Source: Octopus sinensis (Eukaryota). From it: 64,000 nucleotides of DNA. Under the pieces are notes generated by a model. The model made no database searches, was not told where the DNA came from, and worked only from the letters and a program-made list of their open reading frames with translations. The first letter of the stretch is position 1, and each line of letters starts with the position of its first letter. The translations under genes were made by a program, and so were the position numbers. Where the stretch lies: contig NC_043000.1 of NCBI RefSeq assembly GCF_006345805.1, forward strand, positions 52,824,001 to 52,888,000, given 5' to 3'. This document shows positions 52,672 to 64,000 of this stretch, in pieces.

Positions 52672-54129
52672 GTAAAATAAAAAAAACGGAAAATACGCAC
52701 ACTTACATGGTTATAGTATAATTTTTAACGTATCGACCGTTTTCGCAATCGCTATTCATGATACAATGTTTAATTTATATGAAAATATATTTTTTCTTAA
52801 GAAGAAAATGGATCCATGTTGTTTATAATGAGATTCACGAGTGAATGATTTTACAAGTTGACAAGTAAAGGGAGGAAATTGGTTGTTATTATTGTTATTG
52901 TTGTCTGTAAGGGAGATAACTGTTTAGGTTTTGGGTGGGGAAAATATGTATACAGAAAGGAGACAGGTTTTAAAAAAGGGAGGCCTTGTTTAGTAGGGGA
53001 TTTATGTACACTGATGTAATATGTAAACATATAAAAATTGGTTATGCGTGCTTATCCAGACGCGTTTTGTATTTTTCAATGAAAAAAGTTTCTTTATTTA
53101 AGCGTTCTAGTTGAGAGAGTGTGTCTTTGCACTGGTAGAAAGAGAAGGCTGTAAAATTTGGTTTGATATTACCTGCACATGTTTCTATGTGTTCACTAAG
53201 AGGGATTTGTCTGTATTGCGGGGAACGGATTTGCTCCTTATGCAGAGTAATTCTCTTCCTCAAAATTAAACTCGTTTGTCCAATGTACTCATGACTGCAA
53301 CCCGAGCAGGTTATTACATAAATTAGGTTCTCAGAGGCACAGGTGAACCTAGTTTTAATTGTTAACCTGTGTCCTTGTTTGAAAAGGAAGTCCGAGCTTT
53401 CAAGCAGGTGGGGGCAGGTTCCACAGTTCGAGCGTCCACATTTTTTAACCGTTGGTTTCGTGGTTGTTTTGTAAAGCTTCGCATTTGTTAGTAGTCTCTT
53501 TAGCGATTTGTCTTGTTTTTTGCAGTTGATGAGTTTGTGTGTTTTCAGGATGTCGTTCATTTTTGGATACATAGTTAGTAAAGTGAGAGTTTGCACAATA
53601 GTGTTGAATGCCTCACTGTTTCTAGGGTTGTGTGTTGATATAAAAAGTAATGTTTCGGTTTGAGGTGTGGTGCTATGTTTTTTTGTTCTTAGTGTTTTTG
53701 TGTCTAATTGTTTGGCACGTTTAATTCCCTCCTCAATAAGAGAGGGTGGGTATTGTCTTTCAATAAGTGTTGTTTTGAGGTCTTGAAGACGAAGGTCCCG
53801 AGTTGTTCCATCAGACACTATTGTACAGATCCTTTTTGCTAAGTTAAAAGGGATGTTTATTTTAATCTGTTTCGGGTGCCATGAGTTAAAAAGAAGATAT
53901 TGTTTTGCGTCAGTTGGTTTATACCTCCCTTTACTTGAAAACTTGTAAAATCATTCACCCATGAATCTCATTATAAAAAACATGGACCCATTTTCTTCTT
54001 AAGAAAAAATATATTTTCATATAAATTAAACATTGTATCATGAATAGCGATTGCGAAAACGGTCGATACCATAAAAAATTATACTATAACTATATAAGCG
54101 TGCGTATTTTCCGTTGTTTTATTTTTCTC
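52672..54129 (-). mobile_element. 5'-truncated Penelope-like element with an inverted pseudo-LTR at the 5' end
   Basis: ~200-bp inverted arms 52672-52875 and 53924-54129 flank the ORF; TA tracts on both sides. Confidence 0.9.
53042..53923 (-). CDS. PLE RT thumb + Cys-rich linker + GIY-YIG endonuclease (open frame, 5'-truncated, no true start)
   Basis: YKPTDAKQYLLFNSWHP...IPFNLAKRI; KCGRSNCGTC; NLIYVITCSGCSHEYIGQT...RITLH; LERLNKETFFI. Confidence 0.9.
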   Translation of the reverse strand, partial: YKPTDAKQYLLFNSWHPKQIKINIPFNLAKRICTIVSDGTTRDLRLQDLKTTLIERQYPPSLIEEGIKRAKQLDTKTLRTKKHSTTPQTETLLFISTHNPRNSEAFNTIVQTLTLLTMYPKMNDILKTHKLINCKKQDKSLKRLLTNAKLYKTTTKPTVKKCGRSNCGTCPHLLESSDFLFKQGHRLTIKTRFTCASENLIYVITCSGCSHEYIGQTSLILRKRITLHKEQIRSPQYRQIPLSEHIETCAGNIKPNFTAFSFYQCKDTLSQLERLNKETFFIEKYKTRLDKHA

Positions 54130-54391
54130 ATATATATATATATATATATATATATGTTTACAATTATATTTTCAGAATTATTAAATTTTCATTAAGAAGT
54201 TAAAATGTAAAAATATGGTATATTTAATAAGTAAAATATTAACTTTTAATGATCGTAATTTTGCCACTTACGAAGCATGTGCTATACACGTAAGAAATGC
54301 GTGTAATTAATATCTCAATATAGTAACTAATATGCTTGCATATTGTTTCATTTGTGTAAAACAAACGGGTATGTTTTTCTAAATAATTCAA

Positions 54392-54552
54392 GGCACAGAC
54401 GTGGATGTGCGGAAAGAAGTTTGCTTCCCAAAACATGGTTCCGGGTCCACTCCTCTGCGTGACACTCTAGGCAAGCGTCTTCTACTATGGCCTCGGGCGG
54501 ACGAAAGCCTTTCGTGCGGATTTGGCAGACGAAAACTGAAAGAGGTCTATCT

Positions 54553-54599
<47 letters not shown>

Positions 54600-54790
54600 C
54601 ATACCATTACTTGTTTCAGTCATTTGATTACGGCAATGCTGAAGCACTGCCTTATATATGTATGCTTGTGTGTGTATGTGTGTGTGTTTGTTCCTCACCA
54701 CCGCTTGCCAACCGGTGTTCGTGTGTATACGCTGCTGTCACTCAGGGTTTCGGGGAAAGAAAGCAATAGAATATGCACCAGGCTTTAAAA
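54392..54790 (+). mobile_element. SINE family 1 with a short inverted SINE tail in its TA tract
   Basis: Head 54392-54550; minus-strand tail ttacttgtttcagtcatttg at about 54607-54650; own tail 54660-54790. Confidence 0.7.
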
Positions 54791-55444
54791 AATTTATGAA
54801 TTCTCAATTACTTATCAACGCCATTTTCATCATTTTCATCATGTGTTTTCAACTATCGAAATTACACTTATTCTAATTTCTATTTAAAATTCCCCAGAAT
54901 TTATTTTTCCGAGCATGGAATGGAAGGAGAATAAAACTATTCGGCTACAAAATCGTTTGTTGTCATTTAATCAATTTGGAGATTTATGTACCTATGAACT
55001 GTAAAACAGGGGATTTTTTCGTTCAAAATGTGTATATATTTGTTTGTTTCAAAGTCGAATCTAAAAATATTTCGATAAATCATCAAGAATCTGAATGAAA
55101 TTAAAACTGAAATAGGTTGTATCTTCATACCTTTAAGAATTTATTGCTTCTGTAGGTTTCAGCGAAAGCACAAATATATGAGCTTTTAAAGATTAACTGA
55201 CAATCGTGTAAGAATATGTATATTTGTTGACATACAAATATGCACAAGCATGCATAAATACATTGATGATTATACGCACAGAAACGGTAGAGATATGCAC
55301 TAGCACACATACACGCACATATATAACTTGAAAAGAAGATACTAACACATAATGTATATTTAAGTATACAGAATAGCATGTGTAGCCAATACCTTTCCAA
55401 TTATTTCGTCACTGATATACATCAAATAAAGACAAATTTGTCTA

Positions 55445-55536
55445 CGTATGTATGAATGTATGTATGTATGTATGTATGTATGTATGTATGTATGTATGTA
55501 TGTATGTATGTATCTATCTATCTATCTATCTATCCG

Positions 55537-55601
<65 letters not shown>

Positions 55602-55623
55602 TATCCCTTTGTCTCTCTCTATT

Positions 55624-55680
<57 letters not shown>
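55445..55680. repeat. (TATG)n(TCTA)n(TA)n compound microsatellite
   Basis: Direct reading. Confidence 0.9.
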
Positions 55681-57158
55681 GAATGAATAAGGACATATAT
55701 GTACTGTGAAAGCATTTGTAGTTGGTTGTTTATAACAAACTTGTGAAAGTATGTAATTTGAATAATATATTTCGAATCTTTCTAAGACGCATAAATCGAA
55801 TAGTTAACCACAAACATAGATAACTGCATTATTTACACTATTTATCTTCTAATTTATTTTTTAATACCTATTTCTGTACGCTGGTTTACATATTTCATAT
55901 GAAATTGAAATAAGATAAAACGAGAATAGCTTTTTGTACATTTGTAACTAGTTATATGGAAGCTTTAACGGATTAAGTCTGAAATAGCAGTTACCTATGT
56001 CCATGCTTCACAGATTTTGACAACGGGGATTATATTCTAAAAAGAGAATATTAAAGCGTATAAATTCAACTATTTTAAATACGTTTGCTTTATGTATGAT
56101 TGGCATGGGCAAATTTAAAGCTGTAATATGTGTTGTAATTTTTGTTCGTTTCTATAATTAACTTGTGGTCCCATTGCCTGAAAATTTTGAGGTCATTTTC
56201 AGGCAATATTTGAAGTTGCTTCTAACGTATTTCGCCAATTTTAATGATTTCCGTGTAAAAAATGACACAATGTACAAGGGGTGTGATGCACAAAACCCTA
56301 TTTGTCAACGGAATATGACCAAACAGCATGCTGTTTTGGGGCAATTATTGGCACATTTTTCGTCAATTAGGGTCTTTGTGCCACAACATAACCGCCAATG
56401 TGAAAGTGTTCGGTATTCCATGATTGACTAAACAATGCCTTTCAAGTATTGTGATACCATTCTTTTGCGCAAAGCCCTATTTTGTAACAGATATGTGACT
56501 CATGAACCATGTTCTGGTATAATTGTGATCACTTCTGGCATTACTACCGAAAACAATTTGTCCCTGTAGATATCCTTAGTAGCAAACAACTCTAAAGGAA
56601 TTCCAAATGATGTTTCTCAGGTTTAAATTGAATAACATTTTCCACAGGATTGAGAACAGTAAGCGCTTATATTAGTTCAAGTGTGGTAAATACGTGATGG
56701 GATGAGTGAAATCTTTCGAGAATTTTTGCCTTTAACATTTCTCCCTTTATTCACCCCGATTTATGCAAATTTGCTTATAATTGTTTGTATATATTCATGC
56801 TTATTATTCATTCCATACGTTACAATGTATTTTTAAGGATTTTGCTATCTCCCTATTTATCACAGTGGTTGAGCGTGCATTATAACACGGATGGTGCGAT
56901 GGAAAGCAAATTTTCTGATCTGATAACGTCAGTGAAGAGAGAAGAAAAATACAGCCCATCTATGCGAGACGTGTACTGCAATACCAGTTGGTTGTGCAGT
57001 ATTTTTGGTGCGTAAATTCCGCTTGAACTCGAAAATTGAGTATTCATACATACATACATACAGACATACATACATACATCTACATACACACACACACCCA
57101 CGCACACAGACACACACTATTATATATATATGTATATGTATATATATGTATATATATA

Positions 57159-57190
<32 letters not shown>

Positions 57191-57221
57191 TTGTATATAT
57201 ATATATAATTATATATATATA

Positions 57222-58345
57222 CTAGCTGAAGGTGACCCGCTCTACGCGCGGGTAAGAGTGTGGGTGTTACTTTCTGTTGCTTCCTTTCAGCACGTAAAAA
57301 GCACCATCCGAACGTGGCCGATTGCAGCACCGCCTTGACTTGCTTCTGTGCTGGTGGCACGTAAAAAGCACCAACCGATCGTTGCCACTGCGAGCCCCCC
57401 TGGCACCAGTGCCGTCGGCACAGAAAAAGCACTCACTACACTCACAGTGTGGTTGGCGTTAGGAAGGTCATCCACCTGTAGAAACAACTGCCAGATCAGA
57501 CTGGAGCCTGGTGCAGCCTCCTGGCTTCCGAGACCCGGTCACACTGCCCAACCCGTATTTGTTTCTCTCCGTATTTGTTTCTCTCTCCTTTCTCTCTCAC
57601 TTTCCCACTCTCTTACTTTTCTTTTCTCTCTGACTCTCCTCGCTTTCTCTTACTCTCTATCTTTATCTATCTCTCTCCCATTTATAACAACAGAAGATCT
57701 GAGTAAGTTGAGAAATAATATTTAGAAAGATCAATCAGAAATATGAGGCAGTGGCAATGGAAGGTCTGCTTCAAGGCAGACAGCAAAACGCTAACATTCA
57801 AAAGGACAGACGAACTTGCGAGCTGAATAAAAATAATAAAATATTGGAAACCAAAGTTTGAAGGGATAGAATCTGAGGATAGTAGAGTCACCATGGCTGG
57901 CATTTGTTAACGACGGACAGCAACGTAGTGACAGTTTAACGGCTGGCGTAAAATTTTGAACTTGATGTAAAAGAAAATTCGTAAACACCAATTTTTGAAG
58001 TGATCTCTTCTACGACAGTAGACTCACCATGGCAAGCATTCAAAACTTCTTTATCATGGACGGCAACACATTGACGATTAAAAGGCTGGCGCAAATTTTT
58101 TAGCTTGATGCAACAGAGAATTCCTAAACACCCGCTCTTTGAAATTTGAATCCCCTTCCAGCCCCATTTAGACCCCTTTTCACATTTTGGTTAATATAAC
58201 CCGATTTCATTCGGGTGTACTGGGGCCACATTTTATAAGATGAGGAATTTTGTCCTAGAGTTGACGCCTTCATTTGAGGAACAAAATAGTTGTGATGCAA
58301 ACTTGTCAGCACCTTTAACATAGGTGTGCATATTTTCAGGTGAAT
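57222..58345 (-). mobile_element. Non-autonomous Helitron-like element (3' end at 57222) with a nested repeat at 57280-57560
   Basis: Minus-strand hairpin ACCCGC-7 nt-GCGGGT followed by CTAG|T; internal ~135-bp duplication at 57880-58130; left boundary firm, right boundary uncertain. Confidence 0.55.
57280..57560 (+). mobile_element. SINE/LINE-tail repeat with reiterated gcacgtaaaaagcac motifs
   Basis: Three gcac(g/a)(t/g)aaaaagcac units followed by ggttggcgttaggaagg. Confidence 0.6.
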
Positions 58346-58380
58346 CGACCGACTACGTAATGCACACATATATATATGTG

Positions 58381-58414
<34 letters not shown>

Positions 58415-58554
58415 CACGCATTATATATACAAATGTATACAAATGAGATATATATCTGTATAAATTAAATTTGAGATAGAAACACTAATAGGCAAATCAA
58501 ACTGAAAAACCAAAAACAAAAACATAAAAAAGAAAATATAACATAGAAAATATA

Positions 58555-59467
58555 TCTATATATATAAAACTGTAGTTGTATGAGTGTCTGTCCTCGTCTT
58601 CGATTTAGATTCCTAACTACTCCCAAATTTGTGCGGTGCAGTTTAACCAAATTCGGGTATCTTATAGTCGTGATTCATATCGAGCCCGTCTGGGTATTAG
58701 CGCGCGTCTACGATGAGTGTACGATTTTAAAAATAATTTAACATCATTTTTTATTCCATTTTAATGCATATTTTTTCGTGTGTCGATGGCGGCGGAGTTG
58801 GCGTCCACGCTCACGCCTGCACCTGTGTTGCTTCTCCCCTTCTTCCTCCCTCGTGAAGCTGTGGGGAAGGAGTGTAAGGAAATCAACGTCGTAATGCGTT
58901 TTGTGAAGGAGACCAGCGTTCTTTTAGAACAACGACTTCATGGCTTGAAGTCGCCAAAACAGAAATCGCTAAAAAAGCTGAAACAGATCCACAAAAACGG
59001 CAAAAACCGCACACAGGGCAGGTTTCCTGTGCAAACAATTTGCACAACCGAATGTTTTAGTTGTTGCAAAAATCTTTATATAAAAAGTAAGGTTGTGTGT
59101 CTGTCTCCTACGATTTAGATTCCCAACTACTCCCACATTTTGCGGTGCAGTGTAACCAAAACCGGTATCTTATAGTCGTGATTCATATCGAGCCCTTCTG
59201 GGTATTAGCGCGCGTCTATGATGAGTCTACGATTTAAAAAAAAACTTACCATCATTTTTTATTCCATTTTAATGCATTTTTCGCTATTATATAAGGGAAG
59301 TAACTCTCTAAAAATGTCTACGATGAGTCAACGATTAAAAAAGAAATTACTATCATTTTTTATTCCATCTTTAATGCATTTTTTGCTATTTTTTTGCTAT
59401 AGCTCACTAAAAATGCTTATATAGTTATTTCCCTTACAAACCGAGCAACGCCGGGCGATACTGCTAG
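58555..59467 (+). mobile_element. Non-autonomous Helitron with a duplicated 5' region
   Basis: A|TCTATATATATAAAA start; ccgagcaacgccggg hairpin at 59441-59455; CTAG|T end; second 5'-like copy from 59073. Confidence 0.8.
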
Positions 59468-59599
59468 TAAAATATATAAAATGAAAACTTTAAATTATTT
59501 AAATTGAAAATAAAAATTATGAAATATATTATTTTAATTTGTTTTTAAAAATATATATAACTATGAAAAAGTATGAAAAAGTTTAATATACATAAATAC

Positions 59600-59900
59600 A
59601 GATATATACACTTTGTATATATACATTATATATACATATTTATATATAGAACACACACACACACATACATTATATATACATATTATATATAGATATGAGA
59701 ACACACACACACACACATACATTATATATATACATATTTATATATAGAACACACACACCACATACATTATATATACATATTTATATATAGAACACCACAC
59801 ACACCATACATTATATATACATATTTATATATAGAACACACACACACATACATTATATATACATATTTATATATAGAACACACACACACACACATATAAA
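59600..59900. repeat. Higher-order ~40-bp minisatellite built from TA/CA (attatatatacatatttatatatagaacacac...), about seven copies
   Basis: Direct reading. Confidence 0.85.
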
Positions 59901-59929
59901 TGAACGCAAGAATATCTGATTCATAATAT

Positions 59930-60308
59930 TTGTTCTCATGCTCGTGTGTTGATTGGGGTGACAGACATATACTTCAAAGAACGCCGCCGAAGTGATAGGA
60001 AGGTAGGAAACAGAGTCAGTGAAAAAGAAAGGAAATAGCGATAGTGACAGATACTTTAAATAACCGTAGTGGCATTCTGAAAGTTATAAATGAAGAGGAG
60101 TGACAGAGTATGGAGGAGGAAATAGGGTGAGGTAGGAAGATGGCCCCTAGAAACCACAGCTTTTAAGATAGGGATTTCTAAGGTAGCCCACGTGCATCGT
60201 CACCTCATTCTACATGTCCCTGTAAATTTTGGAGCGAATCGGACGGGATGTAGTGGCATTGAAAGCGAACCAAGCGGTAAAAACGCATTTCAGTTTTATA
60301 TATAGAGA
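59930..60308 (-). mobile_element. Helitron 5' terminus and internal fragment
   Basis: Minus strand A|TCTCTATATATAAAACTG at 60308, similar to the start at 58555. Confidence 0.5.
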
Positions 60309-61719
60309 TATATATATATACAACACAATGTGGCTGTAGGTCATAACACCCGGGCAACACCATGTTGCATTGCTAGATATTCGATAAAACGCAGAAATGA
60401 GACTTTGGCTATATACACTATATTACATCTCAGTCAGGAAAGTAAGTGGTTGTTGAGGCATTACAGCCGTGTGTTACATTACGCATCTGTACTGAATTCC
60501 ACTGCAATCAGCCAATCTAAAAATGAGTGACATGTGTTTGTGCTTCACATGCGATTAAAACAACGATTATTGTTCAATTTGCAACAACTAAGGGAAACCA
60601 TTGATAATTTGTATTAGAAGAAACAATTCTAATGTTACGCTAGCGCATTTAATTTTATTTAGAGTATTAATTAAATCCTGGGTTTGAATATAGCTCCAGA
60701 AACTCTTTGATTTTGGTGCTTTTGTTCTAGTAACAATAACGCAAACCCTGTAATCATATTTTAAGCATACGGACAAAGAATTAAAGTACATATGTCGTAA
60801 CTACATTTGTTATGAAAGTAAATTATTGCTTTCAAAGAAATTTTAACATCTTAATATAAAAATGTACCCACTAAGAGGTAAATGATATTTCAATGACGAA
60901 AAGTAATGGAAGACTGGCATCAGTTTTATTGAAAAAATATTGATTCCATTTTCATTACAAAAAGCGAAATTATTTTCATGCTACATTTCCTATCACTACA
61001 TACACGCAAATGTAGTCATACACATATATCCATACATATATACATATATATGCATAGGTATATGCACCGATACACACATGGATACAGACATATGTATATA
61101 AATATTTACACACAAACACACACACACACATATATAATTGTGAAGGAGGACAACAAACATTAAGACAAGGCAAACATCTCAAGCCGTAAACGATATTATT
61201 ATTGAAAAAGATTCAAGTTCAACAGCTGCTTCTGGGATATCACCGAGTATGGAATAAACCGTCATGAGAGATATAGGGAAAATAGGGAAAATGAGAATGG
61301 TATACGTAAATGAGAAGAAGGATGTAAAAGAATAAGGATATGGACAGAAAGAAGAAAAAAGAAGCATAAAAGTTCAATGTTCAAAGTTCCGAAGTTATAG
61401 AAACAAGAGCATGACCCCTTAGGTGCAATCCTGTGTAGATTCATGTGGGTTAAAATCCTGATATAGTAGGCATCCAGGAAAAAAAGACGCGAACATATCA
61501 ACGTTCAATAACAGAATGGTAGCGGAGGTGGCTATCAAGTGGTGAAAGAAAATAAAATAAAATAGATAGAAAGTGATGTCGAGTAGGGGTGATATAAAAG
61601 ATTGGCTATAGGATAAAATAAGGTGCTTAGGTGTATGGTATCTAAGAATTGTATATGGGGTATATGCATAATATATATATATATATGATATTATATATAC
61701 GCGGAGTAAACACTAGCAT

Positions 61720-61761
61720 AACTGTCCGACGAACGGGAACGTGAAACTCGGAGTAACAGTT
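61720..61761 (+). ncRNA. Minimal type I hammerhead with U4C core variant
   Basis: AACUGU-CCGACGA-ACG-ggaa-CGU-GAAA-CUC-g-GAG-UA-ACAGUU; all three stems pair. Confidence 0.8.
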
Positions 61762-62317
61762 TTGTTGAATTTTGTTGCTTTTAATAAGCATATATATATT
61801 ATTATATATATGTATGTATGTATATATGTATGGATATATATATCTGCAATATCATATATATATATATATATATATAGATATATATATATATATATATAAT
61901 ATATAATATATATATATAATATGCATATCTATATATACATATATGTATATATATACGCATATACGTACACTAATATCCAACACGGTGAGCTAGTAACTCA
62001 ACACCACATTAAATAGATAATAACCTTTACTATAAGTATTAGGAGTCAACGGGTGTTTTCATGTAGGGAGAGATCTCCTTCCGGTTACATTTTCAAGATT
62101 TCACGTTTGAATTTTCGGTACACGTCTTCATTTTAGTGAGAATACTCGCGTTAATACGGAGCTCTACGGGATTTCATGAAAAATATATGAACATACGCAA
62201 AGTGGGAGGTAAATTATAAGGAACCCTCAATTGTTACCTCCCCTGCATTGTCCTGCATTTGTGCAAGGAATGTGTTCTTTGTATGCGTCTCTACGTACAC
62301 GCACACACACACACACA

Positions 62318-62367
<50 letters not shown>

Positions 62368-62427
62368 TACGACTGTGTCCATATGTGCAAAAAAGACTGA
62401 TACAGAGAATGCTAGAAAGAGAATGAA

Positions 62428-62466
<39 letters not shown>

Positions 62467-64000
62467 GACACACAGACATACATTCCAGACAAATTCGTTT
62501 TGCTTCCATCAAAAATATGTACGAGATAAAGCAGGCTATGACGTTTTTTTTTTGTTTTTGTTTTACCTTTCTCTCGTAATTTTGAAAACTATTATTTCTT
62601 CGCAGCTTGGGTACAGAACCGAATAGATTGTTTTACTGCTACTAAATAATTTCTCAAAAGATTTTGCCATTAGTTCCTAAAATATCGAGCTTTTGCCACT
62701 GAATGTTACTTGCTGAAAGGAAAACAAGAATATTCACAGTCAGACCTGATGTTCCGCTTTTAGATAATCAAATCTAGGAAATATATAGAACACTTCCGAC
62801 ATTTCTTCTGATATCACAAACTTTACGATATATTATTGCGGGATTTTGGAATTTCTAGTTATGCTGCTTTCGATACAATAATATGTAAATATTAATATCA
62901 ATCTTGAGTGTAAAGGGTAATCAGAAATTGAACGAAAATTTAATGAGGAATCCCATTGAAGTCTTGATTTCATTTCTTTACCAAAATTAGATTTAGTGCT
63001 ATTATTCGAATGGAAAATTTTCAATACTATGTTTTTTTTCAGTTTTACGTAGAAATTTCCTTTCTTTACTATTTATGAAATTAACCAATCGGCAATTGGC
63101 ATTTCTTGTTGTTTGATAAGATATGATAGGGGAATAATTTCATTGTCCTCTTTCTCGTTTCTTGCTTTAAAATAACATTTTTCCGATGTCTTTTAACCAA
63201 GTTTATTCTCTGTGTGAGTTAAATTAAAGTTTAAGAAAACACTATTCTGTTTATGAAGCAAAAAATGGATATTTTGAAATATTCCTTCCAAAACATTTTG
63301 AATCAATTATTAGGAAGGGCTTCCAAAATAATAAACGTTTCTACATATTTTTCAGAAAATATAATTAATTTGTGCTGTAAACCAGTCATTGTTCTGCTGG
63401 AGTGCTACGTCCAGCGACGCAAATGTATTAAAAGGAGAAAAACAAATTATTGGTGTAAATATTTGATGTATTAATTATTAATGATTTACACACTTAGCAA
63501 AAGAAAATTTGCATGGTATAAAAAATAGATTAGTTAAACGTTTCTGAAATTGATACATAATGAACTTTATACGAAAAAGTTTCTAATGTAAAAAGTAGTG
63601 ATTTTTTTCCATTTTTAATGTGTAATAAGACATTAATTTACGAAATGATAATAGCAATATTTCTGTTATACCCCGCAGATGGTATATTAGAAAATGTTTA
63701 AAGTAAAGTAATAAATATTGATTTACTATGGAAGTGATCACATGAATAACGTATGGAAATACAGCGTAATAGGAAGGAAATTCGAAGTATTATTTTTAAA
63801 AATCGATTTTGCTGATCTACAATATCTTGCTTATGGTTATTGGACTTTTAATTGTGTAAAATCATAGTGTGATCAACGATCTGTAGCAAATGTTAAGGAA
63901 GAAGATAATTTTTTATACCGTGAACATGCATTACTTTTCTAATTTCGTTATATGAAAAATGTGCTTGACTAAAAGTTGACTTGGATAGTATTTACCCCTT

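Overview
AT-rich eukaryotic genomic DNA, most likely octopus/cephalopod. This assignment is inferred from the abundant ~400-bp tRNA-headed SINE with an internal TA tract, the second SINE family and the microsatellite load. I found no host protein-coding gene that I can support, and most listed ORFs are microsatellite read-throughs. The window is a transposon graveyard containing RLE-type (R4/Dong-like) LINEs, CR1/L2-like LINEs, a mariner fragment and MITE, Helitron pieces, SINEs and many Penelope-like element (PLE) remnants. The striking hidden signal is catalytic RNA: about 20 intact or decayed type I hammerhead ribozyme (HHR) motifs from roughly ten unrelated repeat families. The best case is a non-coding ~600-bp unit in two tandem arrays (7968-9163 on +, 31609-33565 mostly on -). 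Each unit carries one HHR with an unusually long stem II and a palindromic stem III, and differences between the arrays preserve base pairing. This is a retrozyme-like / PLE pseudo-LTR system that could produce ~600-nt self-cleaved and possibly circular RNAs and appears to insert into (TA)n tracts. All structures were read by eye and no folding or database search was run. Boundaries of degenerate elements are approximate.
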